DNA of 64,000 nucleotides from an uncultured Actinomycetes bacterium. GTDB taxonomy: Bacteria > Actinomycetota > UBA4738 > HRBIN12. The notes beneath the pieces were generated by a model, which had not been told where the DNA came from, searched no databases, and worked only from the letters and a program-made list of their open reading frames with translations. Location of the stretch: the NCBI GenBank assembly GCA_963704725.1, contig OY969934.1, positions 928,001 to 992,000 on the forward strand, read 5' to 3'. How positions within the stretch are numbered: the first letter of the stretch is position 1; every line of letters starts with the position of its first letter. The position numbers and the translations under genes were made by a program. Below are positions 38,172 to 47,656 of the stretch, in pieces.

Positions 38172-39212
38172 TCATCCGGAACCCGGGACGGTCCGAGTCG
38201 GCGAGCCCTCCGGGCGTCTCCGCTCCCGCAGCAACCGCTCGACGCCGCGGATGATCCGATCGCCCGACACGAGCATGCCGCCGATGATGACGAGACCGAA
38301 CACCACGAACTGGAGCGAGGTGGGCAGCCCCATCGTTCGCAGCATCTGGTTGAGACCCGTGAGGAACAGTGCGGCGACGAAGGTGGACAACGGGCTGGCC
38401 AGACCTCCGGTCAGGGCGGCGCCGCCGATCACCACGGCCGCGATCGGGCCGAGGAGGTACTGCGTGCCGACGGCGACTCCCGGGGTGCGGAGAAGCCCCG
38501 CAAGCGCCACGCCCGCGATGGCGTAGGAGACCGCGGCCGCTACGTAGACCAGGATCTGGTCCAGGTGCACCTGCACACCGACGACGTGCGAGGCCACGGG
38601 GTTGGCGCCCACACCCTGGAATCTGCGACCGACCGTCGTGTAGCGAAGGCCGACGACCAGGACCAGGGTGAGCCCGAGCCCGATCCAGAAGACCGGGCTG
38701 ACACCGAGGATGCGGGTCGAGGCCCACGTGGACAGTTCCTTCGGCACCGGGCTCTGGACCGGAAACGTGCTTCCGTAGCGATTCACCACGCCGACCACGA
38801 TCAACCCCACCGCGAGCGTGACGATGAGTGCGTTGAGCTTGAGCCCACCGATCAGGATCCCGTTTGCGAGCCCGACGAGCGCGGCGGCGCCGATCGCGGT
38901 GGCGACGGCGATCCAGATCTTCTCGTTCGCTCCGTCGCCGACGCCGACCATGATCACCGCTGCCAGGCTCATGGTCCCGGGGACGCTGAGGTCGATCCCT
39001 CCGGTCATGATCACCAACATCTGGCCGAGGGCGGCGATCCCCAGGACGGCTCCGTAGGGCGCGATGGCGCGCAGGGCGACACTGCTCAGCGTCGCCGGGG
39101 CCCAGATGGACGCCACGATGATGAGCAGGAGCATCGCGAGGTACACCGGCAGGTATCGAGAGCCGACGACGAACGCGGTGACCGCCGCGGACGGGGCCTT
39201 CGTCGTCCTCAC
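38172..39212 (-). CDS. sugar-type ABC transporter permease
   Basis: TGGIDLSV, GLANGILI, TTVGRRF and IAAVVIGGAALTGG motifs. GTG start overlaps the upstream stop. Confidence 0.93.
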   Translation of the reverse strand: MRTTKAPSAAVTAFVVGSRYLPVYLAMLLLIIVASIWAPATLSSVALRAIAPYGAVLGIAALGQMLVIMTGGIDLSVPGTMSLAAVIMVGVGDGANEKIWIAVATAIGAAALVGLANGILIGGLKLNALIVTLAVGLIVVGVVNRYGSTFPVQSPVPKELSTWASTRILGVSPVFWIGLGLTLVLVVGLRYTTVGRRFQGVGANPVASHVVGVQVHLDQILVYVAAAVSYAIAGVALAGLLRTPGVAVGTQYLLGPIAAVVIGGAALTGGLASPLSTFVAALFLTGLNQMLRTMGLPTSLQFVVFGLVIIGGMLVSGDRIIRGVERLLRERRRPEGSPTRTVPGSG

Positions 39213-40543
39213 CGGTCGACCCTCGGTGCCACGGGGACGGCGAGCCCGGCGGCGGCGGCGACATGGTGTTGGGCCGTCGTCGCCAGCGTACGGGCCTGCT
39301 CCACGTCTGCCTCGAGGGCGCCCCCCCGCATCAGGGGTTTGCCGGTGACGAAGACCCAGTCGACGTTCGAGGTGTCCATGCCCCACACCACCGCGCCGAT
39401 CGGGTCGTTGATCGGGAAGACGTTGGGGCGGTCGGTCCGAAGCATGATGATGTCGGCTTGCCTGCCGGGCTCGAGGGATCCGGTCACGCCACCCGATCCC
39501 GCGACGCGGGCCCCGTCGACGGTGGCGGAGCGGATCACGTCGCGCGTGCTCATCAGTCGCGGAAGACCGGCCTTCCCCGCCAGCTTCCGATCGAAGACCG
39601 TCGCGTGCTGCAACGAGATCGTCGCGCGCATCTGGGCGAACAGGTCACCCGGGGTCACCCGCTCGTCGCCAACGCCCAGACCCGGCCGGATGCCGCGGTC
39701 GATCAGCCCCTGGATCGGAGGTGACCCGAAACCGCCCGCCATCTCGCTCGAGGGCGCCAGCGAGACCGAGACCCCGGATGCCGCGATGGCGTCGAGGTCC
39801 GCGTCCCCGAGCTCGGAGCAGTGGACGACCGTCACGTCGGCACCCAGGAGCCCTCGCTCCGCCAGGCGGGAGATCGCGCCGCGCCCCGACGGCTCCGACC
39901 CGGTGTGGGCGTGGATGGATAGGCTCAGCTCCCGGGCCAGTGCCCAGTCTGCCGCGACGCGGTCGAGATCGTTGGGCGCGAGCTCACCGGAGCCGAGAGC
40001 GATGGTGGTCGACGCTCCGGCTGCGTCGGTGAGCCCGTTGACGACCTGTCGAGTGGTGCCGGACTCATGTCCCGGCGCTCGATGTCGGGCGGGGTGGACG
40101 AACACGGTTCGAAGCCCGGCGTCGGCATGAGCCTGGAGAGCGGCCTCCGCGAGACCGTCGCCGGGTGGCAGGTCCGACCAATCGACGACCGTGGTGATCC
40201 CCGACTCCAGCGCGCCCAACAGGCCGATCAGCGTGGCGGCGTAGACGTCCTCGGGCCGGAAGTGATAGCCCAAGTCCGCCTCGGGCCCCGAGACCTCCCC
40301 GCTCGAGGCGTCCGCACCCAGGTTCCGGAACAACGACGTCCAGGCATGACGGTGGGTGTCGACGAAGCCCGGCATCACGATGGTGTCGGTGGCATCCACC
40401 AGCTCGGCGTCGCGGGCACGGAGCCCGGGGCCGATCTCGGCCACCCTGCCGTCGTCGATGAGGAGGTCGGCCTGTGAGAAGTTCGGCGTCTTCGCCCCAA
40501 GGGTGAGTACGCACCCGCCGCGGAGCAGGGTCCTCGAGCTCAC
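39209..40543 (-). CDS. amidohydrolase family protein, divergent active site
   Basis: PGFVDTHRH, HAH, VHC, GSLEPGRQADII. The strand-8 Asp position reads GVGDE instead of SxD. Start set at GTG 40543 by alignment with the paralogs. Confidence 0.85.
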   Translation of the reverse strand: MSSRTLLRGGCVLTLGAKTPNFSQADLLIDDGRVAEIGPGLRARDAELVDATDTIVMPGFVDTHRHAWTSLFRNLGADASSGEVSGPEADLGYHFRPEDVYAATLIGLLGALESGITTVVDWSDLPPGDGLAEAALQAHADAGLRTVFVHPARHRAPGHESGTTRQVVNGLTDAAGASTTIALGSGELAPNDLDRVAADWALARELSLSIHAHTGSEPSGRGAISRLAERGLLGADVTVVHCSELGDADLDAIAASGVSVSLAPSSEMAGGFGSPPIQGLIDRGIRPGLGVGDERVTPGDLFAQMRATISLQHATVFDRKLAGKAGLPRLMSTRDVIRSATVDGARVAGSGGVTGSLEPGRQADIIMLRTDRPNVFPINDPIGAVVWGMDTSNVDWVFVTGKPLMRGGALEADVEQARTLATTAQHHVAAAAGLAVPVAPRVDR

Positions 40544-40881
40544 CGGGTTCCCCAAGGCTCGGCCGTCCCGGCCGAGATCACTCGCTCCGGACGGCCAACC
40601 CCGATCACTCCCACTCGCCCATGCCCCCTCACCGTCCAGGGACACTACACATCCGGCAACGACTGCGCCAGGGGGGTATGCGCCACGGGGTTGTGCTCGT
40701 GCACGCCTCGCGATCGGACGCTTCGGACGGCCCCCGATCAACGATGCTGCACACGCGTCCCCCGCATCTAGTAGTCTCGCTGTGCTGTCGGACGCAGGAG
40801 CGGAGGGAGATGCCCGACGAGGTCGCCCGGGTCCTCGGGCCGTCGCCTGCACCGATCCGAGGCCCGGCGTGAGGACCCGAC

Positions 40882-41493
40882 GTGGCGGGTGAGCTCGGGG
40901 ACATCGGGCCGCGGCTGCGCGAGGAGCGCGAGCGGGTCCGCATCAGCCAGCGGGAGCTGGCGCGTCGGCTCGGCGTCTCGGCGAGCCTGATCTCACAGAT
41001 CGAGTCCGGCCAATCCAAGCCCTCGGTGAGCACGCTCTACGCGATCGTCACCGAGCTCGGCGTTTCGCTCGACGACGTCTTCCGGATGCACGAGCACGTG
41101 GCGTCCGTCGCGGCCGCGGTCGGGGCGGAGGAGGCCGAGCCGGAGATCGGGGCGACCCCCGTCGTGGGACCGACCGAGCGCCACGTCGTCGAGCTCGCGT
41201 CCGGGGTCCGCTGGGAGCGTCTCACGAGCCACCAGCACGAGGACGTCGATTTCCTCCACGTGACGTACGACGTCGGCGGTTCCTCCGCCGCGGACGACCG
41301 GCTCATGCGGCACCCGGGCCGTGAATACGGGTTCGTCATCTCCGGCTCGTTGGGGGTTCAGCTCGGATTCGAGCGGTACGAGCTCGAGGCCGGGGACTCG
41401 ATCGCGTTCGATTCCACGGTGCCGCATCGGCTGTGGAACCTCGGCCCGGTCCCGGTCCACGGCATCTGGTTCGTCGTCGGCCGCGAGGGATAG
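40882..41493 (+). CDS. XRE-family HTH and cupin transcriptional regulator
   Basis: ISQRELARRLGVSASLISQIESG HTH and HPGREYG..FDSTVPH cupin. Divergent from the catabolic operon. Confidence 0.93.
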   Translation: MAGELGDIGPRLREERERVRISQRELARRLGVSASLISQIESGQSKPSVSTLYAIVTELGVSLDDVFRMHEHVASVAAAVGAEEAEPEIGATPVVGPTERHVVELASGVRWERLTSHQHEDVDFLHVTYDVGGSSAADDRLMRHPGREYGFVISGSLGVQLGFERYELEAGDSIAFDSTVPHRLWNLGPVPVHGIWFVVGREG

Positions 41494-41502
41494 CGCCGCG
41501 GC

Positions 41503-42642
41503 CTAAGGACGCCCCGCGGGGATCGAGAAACGGATCGCCGTTCCGGCCGTCCCGCTCGACGCCTCGATCGTCCCCCCGTGTGCCTCGACGAGCCGCTTGG
41601 CGATCGCGAGCCCCAGCCCCGAGCCCCCGGAGTCCGCCGAGCGGACGAACCGATCGAAGACGTGCGGCAGGTCCTCGGGCCTGATCCCCGAACCGGTGTC
41701 GGCCACCTCGAACCGGGCGTCGTCGCCCTCGTGACGGACCGAGACCGTCACCGAGCCGTTCGCCGGCGTGTGCCGGAGCGCATTGGACACCAGGTTGGCG
41801 AGGACCTCGCCCAGTCGAAGCGGGTCGGCCTCCACCACGACGGGGGCCGCTCGCGCCTCGAGCCGCACGCCGCGGTCGGCCGCGACCTGGCGGAACGCCG
41901 ACACCGCGTCGTCCACCAACCCCGCGGCGTCGACCGTCTCGGGATGCAGCCGGAGCGCGCCCGCCTCCGCCGTGCTGAGCGTCCGCAGGTCGTCCAGGAG
42001 CCGGTCCATCACCTCCGCCTCCTCCAGGAGCGGCCGCAAGCGGTCGGCGCCTACGGGGTAGACGCCGTCGAGCATCCCCTCGACGTTGCCGCGGATGACG
42101 GACAAGGGCGTCCGGAGCTCGTGGGCCACGTCGGCGAGCAGCTCCCGACGGCGGGTCTCGTTGGTCGCCAGCCGTTCCGCCATGGCGTTGAACGACCGCG
42201 CCAGCCTTCGCGCGTCGCCGGTCCCGCGGGGCTCGACGCGGACGGCGTAGTCGCCGGCCGCGACGCGGTCGGCCGCCTCCATCACATCGGCGATCGGCGC
42301 CACCGTCCGCCGGACGGCTCGGCCGGCCGTGACCACTCCGACGACGACGACCATGAGGGCGACGACGAGGATGGGCCGGACCGGTCGCGCGCCCACGATG
42401 CGCGACGCGATCTCGACGGCGATGGTGGCGACGACGAGCACGAACGAGAGGAACGCGAGGAAGCCGAGGACGACCCGCCGGACGAACCGTCGTCGCATCC
42501 GTGGATCGAAGGGCCGGTCGGGAGGGAACGGCTCGCCCTCCGGCCACCAGGGAGGTCGGAATCCCTCCCCTCGACGCCACCCGGGACCGTGCCCGGCGGC
42601 CCACGGCGGACCGTGGGGCGCTCCCGATCGACGCTCACGCAT
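41503..42642 (-). CDS. HAMP-domain sensor histidine kinase (BaeS-like)
   Basis: VAHELRTPL, NLVSNALRH, DTGSGI and GSGLGLAI motifs. Confidence 0.93.
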   Translation of the reverse strand: MRERRSGAPHGPPWAAGHGPGWRRGEGFRPPWWPEGEPFPPDRPFDPRMRRRFVRRVVLGFLAFLSFVLVVATIAVEIASRIVGARPVRPILVVALMVVVVGVVTAGRAVRRTVAPIADVMEAADRVAAGDYAVRVEPRGTGDARRLARSFNAMAERLATNETRRRELLADVAHELRTPLSVIRGNVEGMLDGVYPVGADRLRPLLEEAEVMDRLLDDLRTLSTAEAGALRLHPETVDAAGLVDDAVSAFRQVAADRGVRLEARAAPVVVEADPLRLGEVLANLVSNALRHTPANGSVTVSVRHEGDDARFEVADTGSGIRPEDLPHVFDRFVRSADSGGSGLGLAIAKRLVEAHGGTIEASSGTAGTAIRFSIPAGRP

Positions 42643-43315
42643 CGGCGAACCGGTAGCCCACGCCGTGGACGGTGAGCAGGTAGCGGGGACGTCCCGGCGT
42701 CGGCTCGATCTTGCGCCGGATGTTCTTCACGTGGGCATCGATCGCCCGCTCGTACGATTCGAGCTCGACCCCGTGGACGGCGTCGAGCAGCTGCCCGCGC
42801 GTGAACACGCGCCCCGGCTCGCGCACGAAGGTGGCGAGGAGCTCGAACTCCGTGGGCGTGAGGTCGACGCTGCGTCCCTGCACCGACACCCGGTGGCGGG
42901 GGAGATCGACTTCGACGCCCGCCGCCTGGAGCGTCTCGGATCCGCCGCCGCCCTGTGTTCGGCGGAGCACCGCGCGCACGCGGGCGACGAGCTCTCGAGG
43001 GCTGAACGGTTTCACCACGTAGTCGTCGGCACCGAGCTCGAGCCCCACGACGCGATCGGTCTCGTCACCGCGGGCCGTGAGGATGACGATCGGCACGGTC
43101 GAGGTCCGCCGGAGCTCCCGCGCCACGTCGAGGCCGTCCCGCCCAGGGAGCCCGAGGTCGAGCACGATCAGGTCGGGGCGGGATCCTCGGGCGCTCGCGA
43201 TCGCGGCCTCGCCGTCGCCGGCGATCGTCACCTGGAGCCCCGCGTGCTCGAGGAAGTCGGCCACCAGACGGGCGATCTTCATCTCGTCCTCGACGACCAG
43301 CACCCGGGTCACCAT
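42635..43315 (-). CDS. OmpR family response regulator
   Basis: VLVVEDE, LDLGLP, ADDYVVKPF and TVHGVGYRF motifs. Confidence 0.95.
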   Translation of the reverse strand: MVTRVLVVEDEMKIARLVADFLEHAGLQVTIAGDGEAAIASARGSRPDLIVLDLGLPGRDGLDVARELRRTSTVPIVILTARGDETDRVVGLELGADDYVVKPFSPRELVARVRAVLRRTQGGGGSETLQAAGVEVDLPRHRVSVQGRSVDLTPTEFELLATFVREPGRVFTRGQLLDAVHGVELESYERAIDAHVKNIRRKIEPTPGRPRYLLTVHGVGYRFADA

Positions 43316-43400
43316 CGGCTCCGTTCGGTCCGGCAGCGCAAGCGTGGACGACGGATCGGGGCGGAGGCAACCTCGCCCCCGCCCCGCGGTCGCCGCCCGG

Positions 43401-43787
43401 TCAGGGAGGCGGCCCTCCGGCTCCCGATCCGGTGGCCTCCCGATGCTCCTGCTGGTGCCACTCGTCGAACCGGTCGCGGACCCGGTCCGGTCTCATCCCG
43501 CTCGGGCCGCGCCAGGGCCCACCCCATCGTGCGCGCCAGAAGACGGTCCGCAGCAGCGCGAACATCCCGAACACGAACAGGGGGAAGAACAGGAACCCCA
43601 GCGGGAAGAAGCCCCATCCCGGGCCGGGGCGGTCGCCCACGACGCGGATCACCTGCACGTCCTGCCCGGACTCCACGACCTGCTGCTCGATCCCGTGGTC
43701 GACCCCGGCGTCGTAGGCCGCCACGCCGATCCCGACCCCGGCCAGGAGCAGAAGCACCACCATCACGACCGTGAATCCTCGACGCAT
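43401..43787 (-). CDS. small two-TM membrane protein, first gene of the two-component operon
   Basis: AAGGAGG RBS, two hydrophobic segments, FDEWH motif near the C-terminus. Confidence 0.75.
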   Translation of the reverse strand: MRRGFTVVMVVLLLLAGVGIGVAAYDAGVDHGIEQQVVESGQDVQVIRVVGDRPGPGWGFFPLGFLFFPLFVFGMFALLRTVFWRARWGGPWRGPSGMRPDRVRDRFDEWHQQEHREATGSGAGGPPP

Positions 43788-43900
43788 CTCGTCCTCCTTC
43801 TTCCGACGCGCCCTTCACCTCCGATGCTGGCGCCGATTTGTGCAGACGCCGTGAAGGCGGCGGGGAGGGTTCGTGCACCCGCTGGTGGGCGGCCGAGGGC

Positions 43901-44350
43901 TCAGCCGGTGCCGGGCGGGGAGGCCTGGATCGTGGCTCGAAGGCCGTCGATCAGTTGCTGCTTCTCCTGGTCTGACAGGCGGGCCCCGGAGTGGAGCACG
44001 GAGTAGTACCAGGGCGGCATCTCGCCTCCCGCGATCACCTCGGCGATGTCTCCGGCCTCCTGGGGGCGATCCCATTCGGAGAAGTTCAGCGTGGCGCGGC
44101 CCTCATCGACGTCGTGCTGCGTCAACCAGGAGAAGGGGGCGACGCTCGTGTACCACGGCCACGCCGTCTCGTTGCTGTGACAGTCGAAGCAGGCCCGCGC
44201 GGCGAGCGCGCGGGTCTGAGGCGAGTCCCACGCGGGCTCGGCTGTGACGGTCGGGTTGGTGTGGGCGCGCCCGTAGGGGACGAGCTGGATCAGCACCGCC
44301 AGCCCCAGGATCGAGAGCACCGTGAGACGGATCGCCCGGCGGAGGTTCAC
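43901..44350 (-). CDS. heme-binding domain protein (c-type, Haem_bd-like)
   Basis: N-terminal anchor, CFDCH, WPWY..VAP.SW, LNFSEW and EMPP motifs. Confidence 0.9.
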   Translation of the reverse strand: MNLRRAIRLTVLSILGLAVLIQLVPYGRAHTNPTVTAEPAWDSPQTRALAARACFDCHSNETAWPWYTSVAPFSWLTQHDVDEGRATLNFSEWDRPQEAGDIAEVIAGGEMPPWYYSVLHSGARLSDQEKQQLIDGLRATIQASPPGTG

Positions 44351-44516
44351 GGTGGCAAGGCTACGCCGGGAGCCGGGTGAGGGCTGGGCCGGTGGTCCCG
44401 CATCGAGACGGACGGTGCGGGACCGGAGGCGCGAGTGCTCGTGGCCGGGGCGAGCGGGTTTGGGTCGCAGACCCGAGGGGGATACGTTGACCGGAACCGA
44501 GCGTAATTCGCGCAGA

Positions 44517-44852
44517 TCAGGCGGAGGGTAGGTCCGAGGTCGACGGGACGAGGTCGAACACCCGATCCAGCCCGGTCAGCGCGAACACCTTCATCGGCGA
44601 TCCCGAGACACCGACGAGCATGAACTCCCCATCCCGCTCGCGGACCCGCTTCAGGCAGGTGACCAGCATGCCCAGGCTGCTCGAATCCATGAAGCCGACG
44701 TCCGTGAGGTCGAGCGCGATCCGAACCGGGGGCGGGCCGATCGCGGCGAGCACGTGTTCGAGGAGCTGCGGTGAGGTGTGGAGGTCGAGCTCTCCTTCGA
44801 CGCGCACGACCGTCCACGGGCCGGAGGTGCCATTCTCCAGGACCAGATCCAT
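44517..44852 (-). CDS. STAS-domain anti-sigma factor antagonist (RsbV-like)
   Basis: GELDLHT, FMDSSSLG phospho-Ser motif, LTGLD. GGAGGG RBS before ATG 44852. Confidence 0.93.
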   Translation of the reverse strand: MDLVLENGTSGPWTVVRVEGELDLHTSPQLLEHVLAAIGPPPVRIALDLTDVGFMDSSSLGMLVTCLKRVRERDGEFMLVGVSGSPMKVFALTGLDRVFDLVPSTSDLPSA

Positions 44853-44919
44853 CCGTCCCTCCGTTGCTGGTCGGAGCGCCCGGCGGCGCCGAGCGGGCGG
44901 ATCGAAGGGGCCAGTATAG

Positions 44920-45327
44920 GTGGCGCGCAGCACGGTCTCCCTCACGACGGAGGCGGTCCGTCTCTCGGTCCCCGCCAGAGCGGACTTCGTGCATCTGCTC
45001 CGCTCGGTGACCGCGGCGGCCGCCTCACACCTCGCGCTCTCGGTCGACGACGTCGACGACCTCCGCCTGGCCGTCGACGAGGCATGCGCCCGGCTGCTGT
45101 CGCTGCCGGGGGAGCCGCGGACGATCCGGCTGGACCTGCGGCCCCATCCGGGTCGCATCGAGGTGCTGCTGGGTGTCGACGCGACGGCGACGTGGCCTCT
45201 CGGCGGGCTCCGGGACACGCTGGCGTGGAGGGTCCTCGGCGCGCTGGCCGATGAGGTGCGGCTCGAGCTGTGGAACGGGTGTCCAGCCGTGCGCATCGTG
45301 AAGCGGACCTTCGGGGGTGAGCGGTGA
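44920..45327 (+). CDS. anti-sigma factor (RsbW/UsfX-like, degenerate HATPase)
   Basis: LSVPARA, DDLRLAVDEAC, VLGALADEV. Directly upstream of the SigB-type gene. Confidence 0.8.
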   Translation: MARSTVSLTTEAVRLSVPARADFVHLLRSVTAAAASHLALSVDDVDDLRLAVDEACARLLSLPGEPRTIRLDLRPHPGRIEVLLGVDATATWPLGGLRDTLAWRVLGALADEVRLELWNGCPAVRIVKRTFGGER

Positions 45328-46088
45328 CCGTCAACGCCCTCGAGGACGCCGACGAGCGAGAGCTCTTCCGGCGCAGGCCGGACGAGACCGCGCGCGAGGA
45401 GCTCACGCGCCGGTTCCTGCCCCTGGCCGAGTACCTAGCGCGCAAGTTCGGCGGCCGGGGCGAGTCCCTGGACGACCTGTTCCAGGTGGCGAGCCTCGGC
45501 TTGCTCAACGCGATCGACCGCTTCGACCTCGACCGCGATGTGCAGTTCTCCACGTACGCCGCGGTCACGATGGTCGGCGAGCTCAAGCGCCACTTCCGCG
45601 ACAAGGGGTGGGCCGTCCGCGTGCCGCGACGGCTCCAGGAGGTCGGCCTGCGGATCAACACGGTCCTGCCGGAGCTCTCGCAGGAGCTCGGCCGCTCGCC
45701 CACGATCGACGAGATCGCGGCGCGGTGCGGCGCGTCCGGGGAGGAGATCCTCGAGGCCATGGAGGCGAGCCAGGCCTACGCGACGAGCTCGCTCGAGGCG
45801 CCGGCGGGCGAGGAGGGCGCCGCTCCGATCGACGTCATCGGCGCCGACGATCCCTCGCTCGTGCTCCTCGAGGAGTGGGCGAGCGTCGCTCCGGCCGTCC
45901 GCGACCTTCCCCAGCGGGAACGGACGGTGCTGTACCTCCGCTTCTTCCGCGGGCTCACGCAATCGGAGGTCGCGCGTGAGATCGGCGTCTCGCAGATGCA
46001 CGTGAGCCGGATCCTGGCGCAGACGCTGCGGTCGTTGCGGGCCACCGTGGTGGCCGACGATGAGGAGCCCGAGCCGGGCCAGACCTGA
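45324..46088 (+). CDS. SigB/SigF/SigG family RNA polymerase sigma factor
   Basis: DDLFQVASLGLLNAIDRFD, GELKRHFRDKGWAVRVPRRLQE and GVSQMHVSR motifs. Confidence 0.95.
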   Translation: MTVNALEDADERELFRRRPDETAREELTRRFLPLAEYLARKFGGRGESLDDLFQVASLGLLNAIDRFDLDRDVQFSTYAAVTMVGELKRHFRDKGWAVRVPRRLQEVGLRINTVLPELSQELGRSPTIDEIAARCGASGEEILEAMEASQAYATSSLEAPAGEEGAAPIDVIGADDPSLVLLEEWASVAPAVRDLPQRERTVLYLRFFRGLTQSEVAREIGVSQMHVSRILAQTLRSLRATVVADDEEPEPGQT

Positions 46089-46325
46089 TCGGCTCGCCTC
46101 CTCGCGGGCGGAGGGACCAGGCCGGCTTGACCCTCGGGATCCTCTCGGGCGATCCGGGCCCGGCGACCTCGAAGAGGAATCGGGTGCGCCGGCGGCGCCG
46201 GGTCAGCCTCGGTCGGGGTCGGCATCGTCGCGGACGTGCCCGTGAGCGTCCTCGCTCCGGCCCGCCGCTTCCTCTCCGGCCTGCCCCGCGAGGACCCGCC
46301 GGTCGGGCTCCGTCCGCGGCGGCGG

Positions 46326-47243
46326 TTAGGGGCTGCGCCGCCACAGCCGGCGGGCCAGGACGACGTTCAGCTCGGCGCACAGCATCGTGATCTGTGCGAC
46401 GAGGTAGATCCATGACATGAGACCGAGCACGATGCCGAAGAAGCCGTACAGGGTCGACGCGTGGCGCAGCTGCCGGTCGACCAGCCAGGATCCAACCGTG
46501 AGCAGCGCCAGCCACGCCACGGCCGCGGACGCCGCTCCCGGCAGGACCTGGCGCCACCGGACGTCGGCCACGGTGAGGTAGCGGAACACCGACCCGAACA
46601 CGAGTGCGTTCAGCGCCAGCGTGCCCACCATGCCGAGCACACGTGGCCACCCGAACGAGCCCGGCATCGAGGCGAGGGCGGCGAGCCCGGCCGTGGCCAG
46701 CGTGGCGACGCCGAGTCCCGCCAGCGAGATCAGCGCTCGCAGACGCCCGGCCAGGAAGCGGGGCCGAGCCGTCCTGGGGACATCCCACACGTCGTTCATC
46801 GCGTCCTGCAGCGTGAGGACGATGGCCATCCCCGCCCAGATCGAGCCGGCGAGGCCGATCGCGAGCGCGGGGACCGATCCGTGGAGAGCGCCGACCTCCT
46901 GGCGGATCTGGTCCCCGATGATCGGGAACTGCGCCAGCGCCGAATCGAGGATCCGGTCCTGCAGGTGTTCGTTGCCCTGCACGACGAAGCCGAGGACGGT
47001 GATGAACACCAGCAGCAGAGGGAACAGCGAGAAGAAGCCGAAGTACGCGACCAGCGCCGCCGACCGGCCGCCCCGGTCGTCGCCGAATTTGCGCAGGACC
47101 GCGAAGGGCACGGCCAGGGCGGGGCGACGGCGAAGCACGGAGTCGGCGCGTGACAGACCGGCTCGGATCCGCTCGCCGGCCGCGCGAAACCGACCGGCGA
47201 GCCCCGCCGGCTTCGCCGGCGGACCGTTCGAGCCGCTCGTCAC
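46326..47243 (-). CDS. YihY/virulence factor BrkB family membrane protein
   Basis: KFGDDRG, AYFGFFSLFPLL, PGA, YGFFG..LGLMSWIY and AELN motifs. Confidence 0.92.
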   Translation of the reverse strand: MTSGSNGPPAKPAGLAGRFRAAGERIRAGLSRADSVLRRRPALAVPFAVLRKFGDDRGGRSAALVAYFGFFSLFPLLLVFITVLGFVVQGNEHLQDRILDSALAQFPIIGDQIRQEVGALHGSVPALAIGLAGSIWAGMAIVLTLQDAMNDVWDVPRTARPRFLAGRLRALISLAGLGVATLATAGLAALASMPGSFGWPRVLGMVGTLALNALVFGSVFRYLTVADVRWRQVLPGAASAAVAWLALLTVGSWLVDRQLRHASTLYGFFGIVLGLMSWIYLVAQITMLCAELNVVLARRLWRRSP

Positions 47244-47244
47244 G

Positions 47245-47502
47245 TCACCCGCCGCAGGCGTCGCGAGCCTCCGAGGGCGCGATCCGCATCGTGAGACCGA
47301 CCTGGGTACGGGACGGCCGGAGCGGAGCCAGCTCGACCGCGCCGTCGAGCCGGTCGTCCTGCGCCGAGGTCCAGGCGATGCGGCGTTGGGCGACGCGCTC
47401 GACCCAATCCATGAAGATCATGGACTCCTCGAACCGGGTCCACCGATCGTATGCGGCGCTGATCGTCACGTCGACCTCGATCGTCCGGCCGACGATCGCC
47501 AC
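47245..47502 (-). pseudogene. shortened SRPBCC/polyketide-cyclase-like remnant
   Basis: TIEVDV..AYDRWTRFE..FM..VE and RIAWTS..G.V motifs are nearly adjacent, without the usual intervening strands, and the C-terminal helix is missing. Confidence 0.5.
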
Positions 47503-47656
47503 GGAGACCACCTCGGATCGGCCGATCCGATCGGTACCCGAGCCGTGTGACCTGGAAACCGCCGCGGCTCCCCGGCCGGGTGGCGTAGGACCGCCGAGGA
47601 GTGGGTATCGCATCCACGGAGCGAAGCCGATCGTCCCCCTCGGAAGGAGGTCCGGC

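Noticed and set aside
40630-40650. GTCCAG-N5-CTACAC as the XRE operator, with a similar GTTCAG-N5-CTG at ~32597
   Set aside because: Only two weak, imperfect matches, indistinguishable from chance by eye.
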